In this document: piece by piece, positions 50,149-51,602 of the stretch
How positions within the stretch are numbered: position 1 is the stretch's first letter
Layout: each line of letters opens with the position of its first letter
Source: Aplysia californica
Lineage: Eukaryota
Length of the DNA: 51,602 bases
NCBI RefSeq assembly: GCF_000002075.1
Contig: NW_004797364.1
Location: 104,057-155,658, forward strand
Direction of reading: 5' to 3'
Position numbers and translations under genes: made by a program
The notes under the pieces: generated by a model
Told to the model about the DNA's origin: nothing
What the model saw: the letters and a program-made list of their open reading frames with translations, nothing else
Database searches by the model: none

Positions 50149-51602
50149 NNNNNNNNNNNNNNNNNNNNNNNNNNNNNNNNNNNNNNNNNNNNNNNNNNNN
50201 NNNNNNNNNNNNNNNNNNNNNNNNNNNNNNNNNNNNNNNNNNNNNNNNNNNNNNNNNNNNNNNNNNNNNNNNNNNNNNNNNNNNNNNNNNNNNNNNNNNN
50301 NNNNNNNNNNNNNNNNNNNNNNNNNNNNNNNNNNNNNNNNNNNNNNNNNNNNNNNNNNNNNCACTTTAGTTCTTCAAACAATCCAGTGATCAAACAGGCC
50401 CGCACAGACACCATATGAAACCAACTTCCACTGTTTCAGAAAATACTTCTAAGCCGCACATACTGCTTGGTTTGTGCGTTTCTTTGTTTGTTTGTTTGTT
50501 TGTTTGTCCGAGTAAAGAAAACCACAGTGACACAATAACGATGTGGTTTGCTCCTTTTTCCTTTTTAAAAAACTATCGTCCTTATCTATCTCCCTTCTTT
50601 TAGCGTGTTTGTTACTCTTTTGTAAAGCCTCCAATCTTCGGCCCCTATATGACCTTTTCGTGTTGCAAGTGCCGTAAAACCCTTAATAAAAATGAACATT
50701 AAACAATAACGGTCACCAGGCGCGTGAAAAACAAGCCAAATAGACAGAAGCATAAGACAGAAAGCAAAGAAGTATCACCTACCAGCGCGCCCTCTAGCCA
50801 CCCACAGAGTTCTTAGTGGAACCGGGGGACAAATTTAGGAAAAAAAGGACAGGTGTTGAGCCTACTTCTTACATGTAGAAATGTAGACGTTTATAGCGTC
50901 TCCCATATGTTTGTGTATGTAGCTTTGTCACGATCAATGGTGTAAAAGGAAGTTGGTCACTCCCCCTTTCCTAGCTTAATTAACAACGTGATAAAAATAA
51001 ACAATGTTAACCTTTGAGAAAAAGGCATAATATGTACATCCTATGCGCTATTTTATTATGGAAACTTTTATAAACGACACCAAACGATTCCAAAATGTTT
51101 TTGACATCCAATGGCCGTAAACACTAAACAAATCACTTAACTACCATTGTGAAGAATGGACAGAGCCAGAGCTCATAACTGTAAAGACACCCTTATTCAA
51201 CATGTTACTTTAAATCAATGTTCACATAAAAGCAAATGAAACTTACTTTATGTTTTAAAGTCTCGTCCCGCGATTCCTAGAAGTATGTTTCCATCACGAG
51301 TTCGTGTCTTTGTCAGCACTTTTATTGGCACAGATATTTGTGGTGTAGAAGTTAGGCACTCGATTCCTGTGAGGAAAGAGTTTTGTCGAGTATCTCTGTC
51401 TTTTTGCCGGGATGTTGTATCTCTCTCAACACGGGCTGGCCCTGATAAGCAGGGTTGTGGCCCGTCTGCTAAATGGTCCAAATTGTGTCGTTGACGGCGT
51501 GAAATAATACATAAAAAATAACAGCAAAATGATACGCTCAACACCTCCTACTTCGTCCTCCCTGGACGTTTTGTCGCAATATCTCTATCTTCTCTCTCCC
51601 CC

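Noticed and set aside
31490-50414. Long ORFs in the track (for example 31490..32320, 38960..39655, 48743..49957)
   Set aside because: They are open only because they cross N runs or microsatellites.

Overview
AT-rich, intron-rich animal genomic DNA, probably an invertebrate; a mollusc is plausible but this is inference. Two spliced genes on the + strand can be rebuilt exon by exon. (1) POC1, a centriolar WD40 protein: 14 coding exons, 2888-21613, 444 aa. (2) A METTL27/WBSCR27-like class I SAM methyltransferase: 5 coding exons, 36644-47878, about 213 aa. The rest is transposon debris and simple repeats: a 9-bp-TSD (MULE-like) non-autonomous family, a Chapaev-type DNA transposon, two mariner remnants, pogo/Tc1-type MITEs, RTE-like LINE 3' ends, a Penelope-like element and tRNA-derived SINE heads. 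Three things stand out. (a) The Chapaev-type element has a RAG1-N-like Chapa zinc finger and asymmetric bipartite CAC termini (5 vs 14 nt spacers). (b) An intact orphan CHST15-like sulfotransferase exon lies inside a METTL27 intron. (c) A probable bidirectional promoter is bracketed by ~760-bp inverted transposon copies and self-complementary (TAGATC)n tracts. Many N runs look like hard-masked repeats rather than assembly gaps. All family assignments come from motif recognition by eye; no database search was run.
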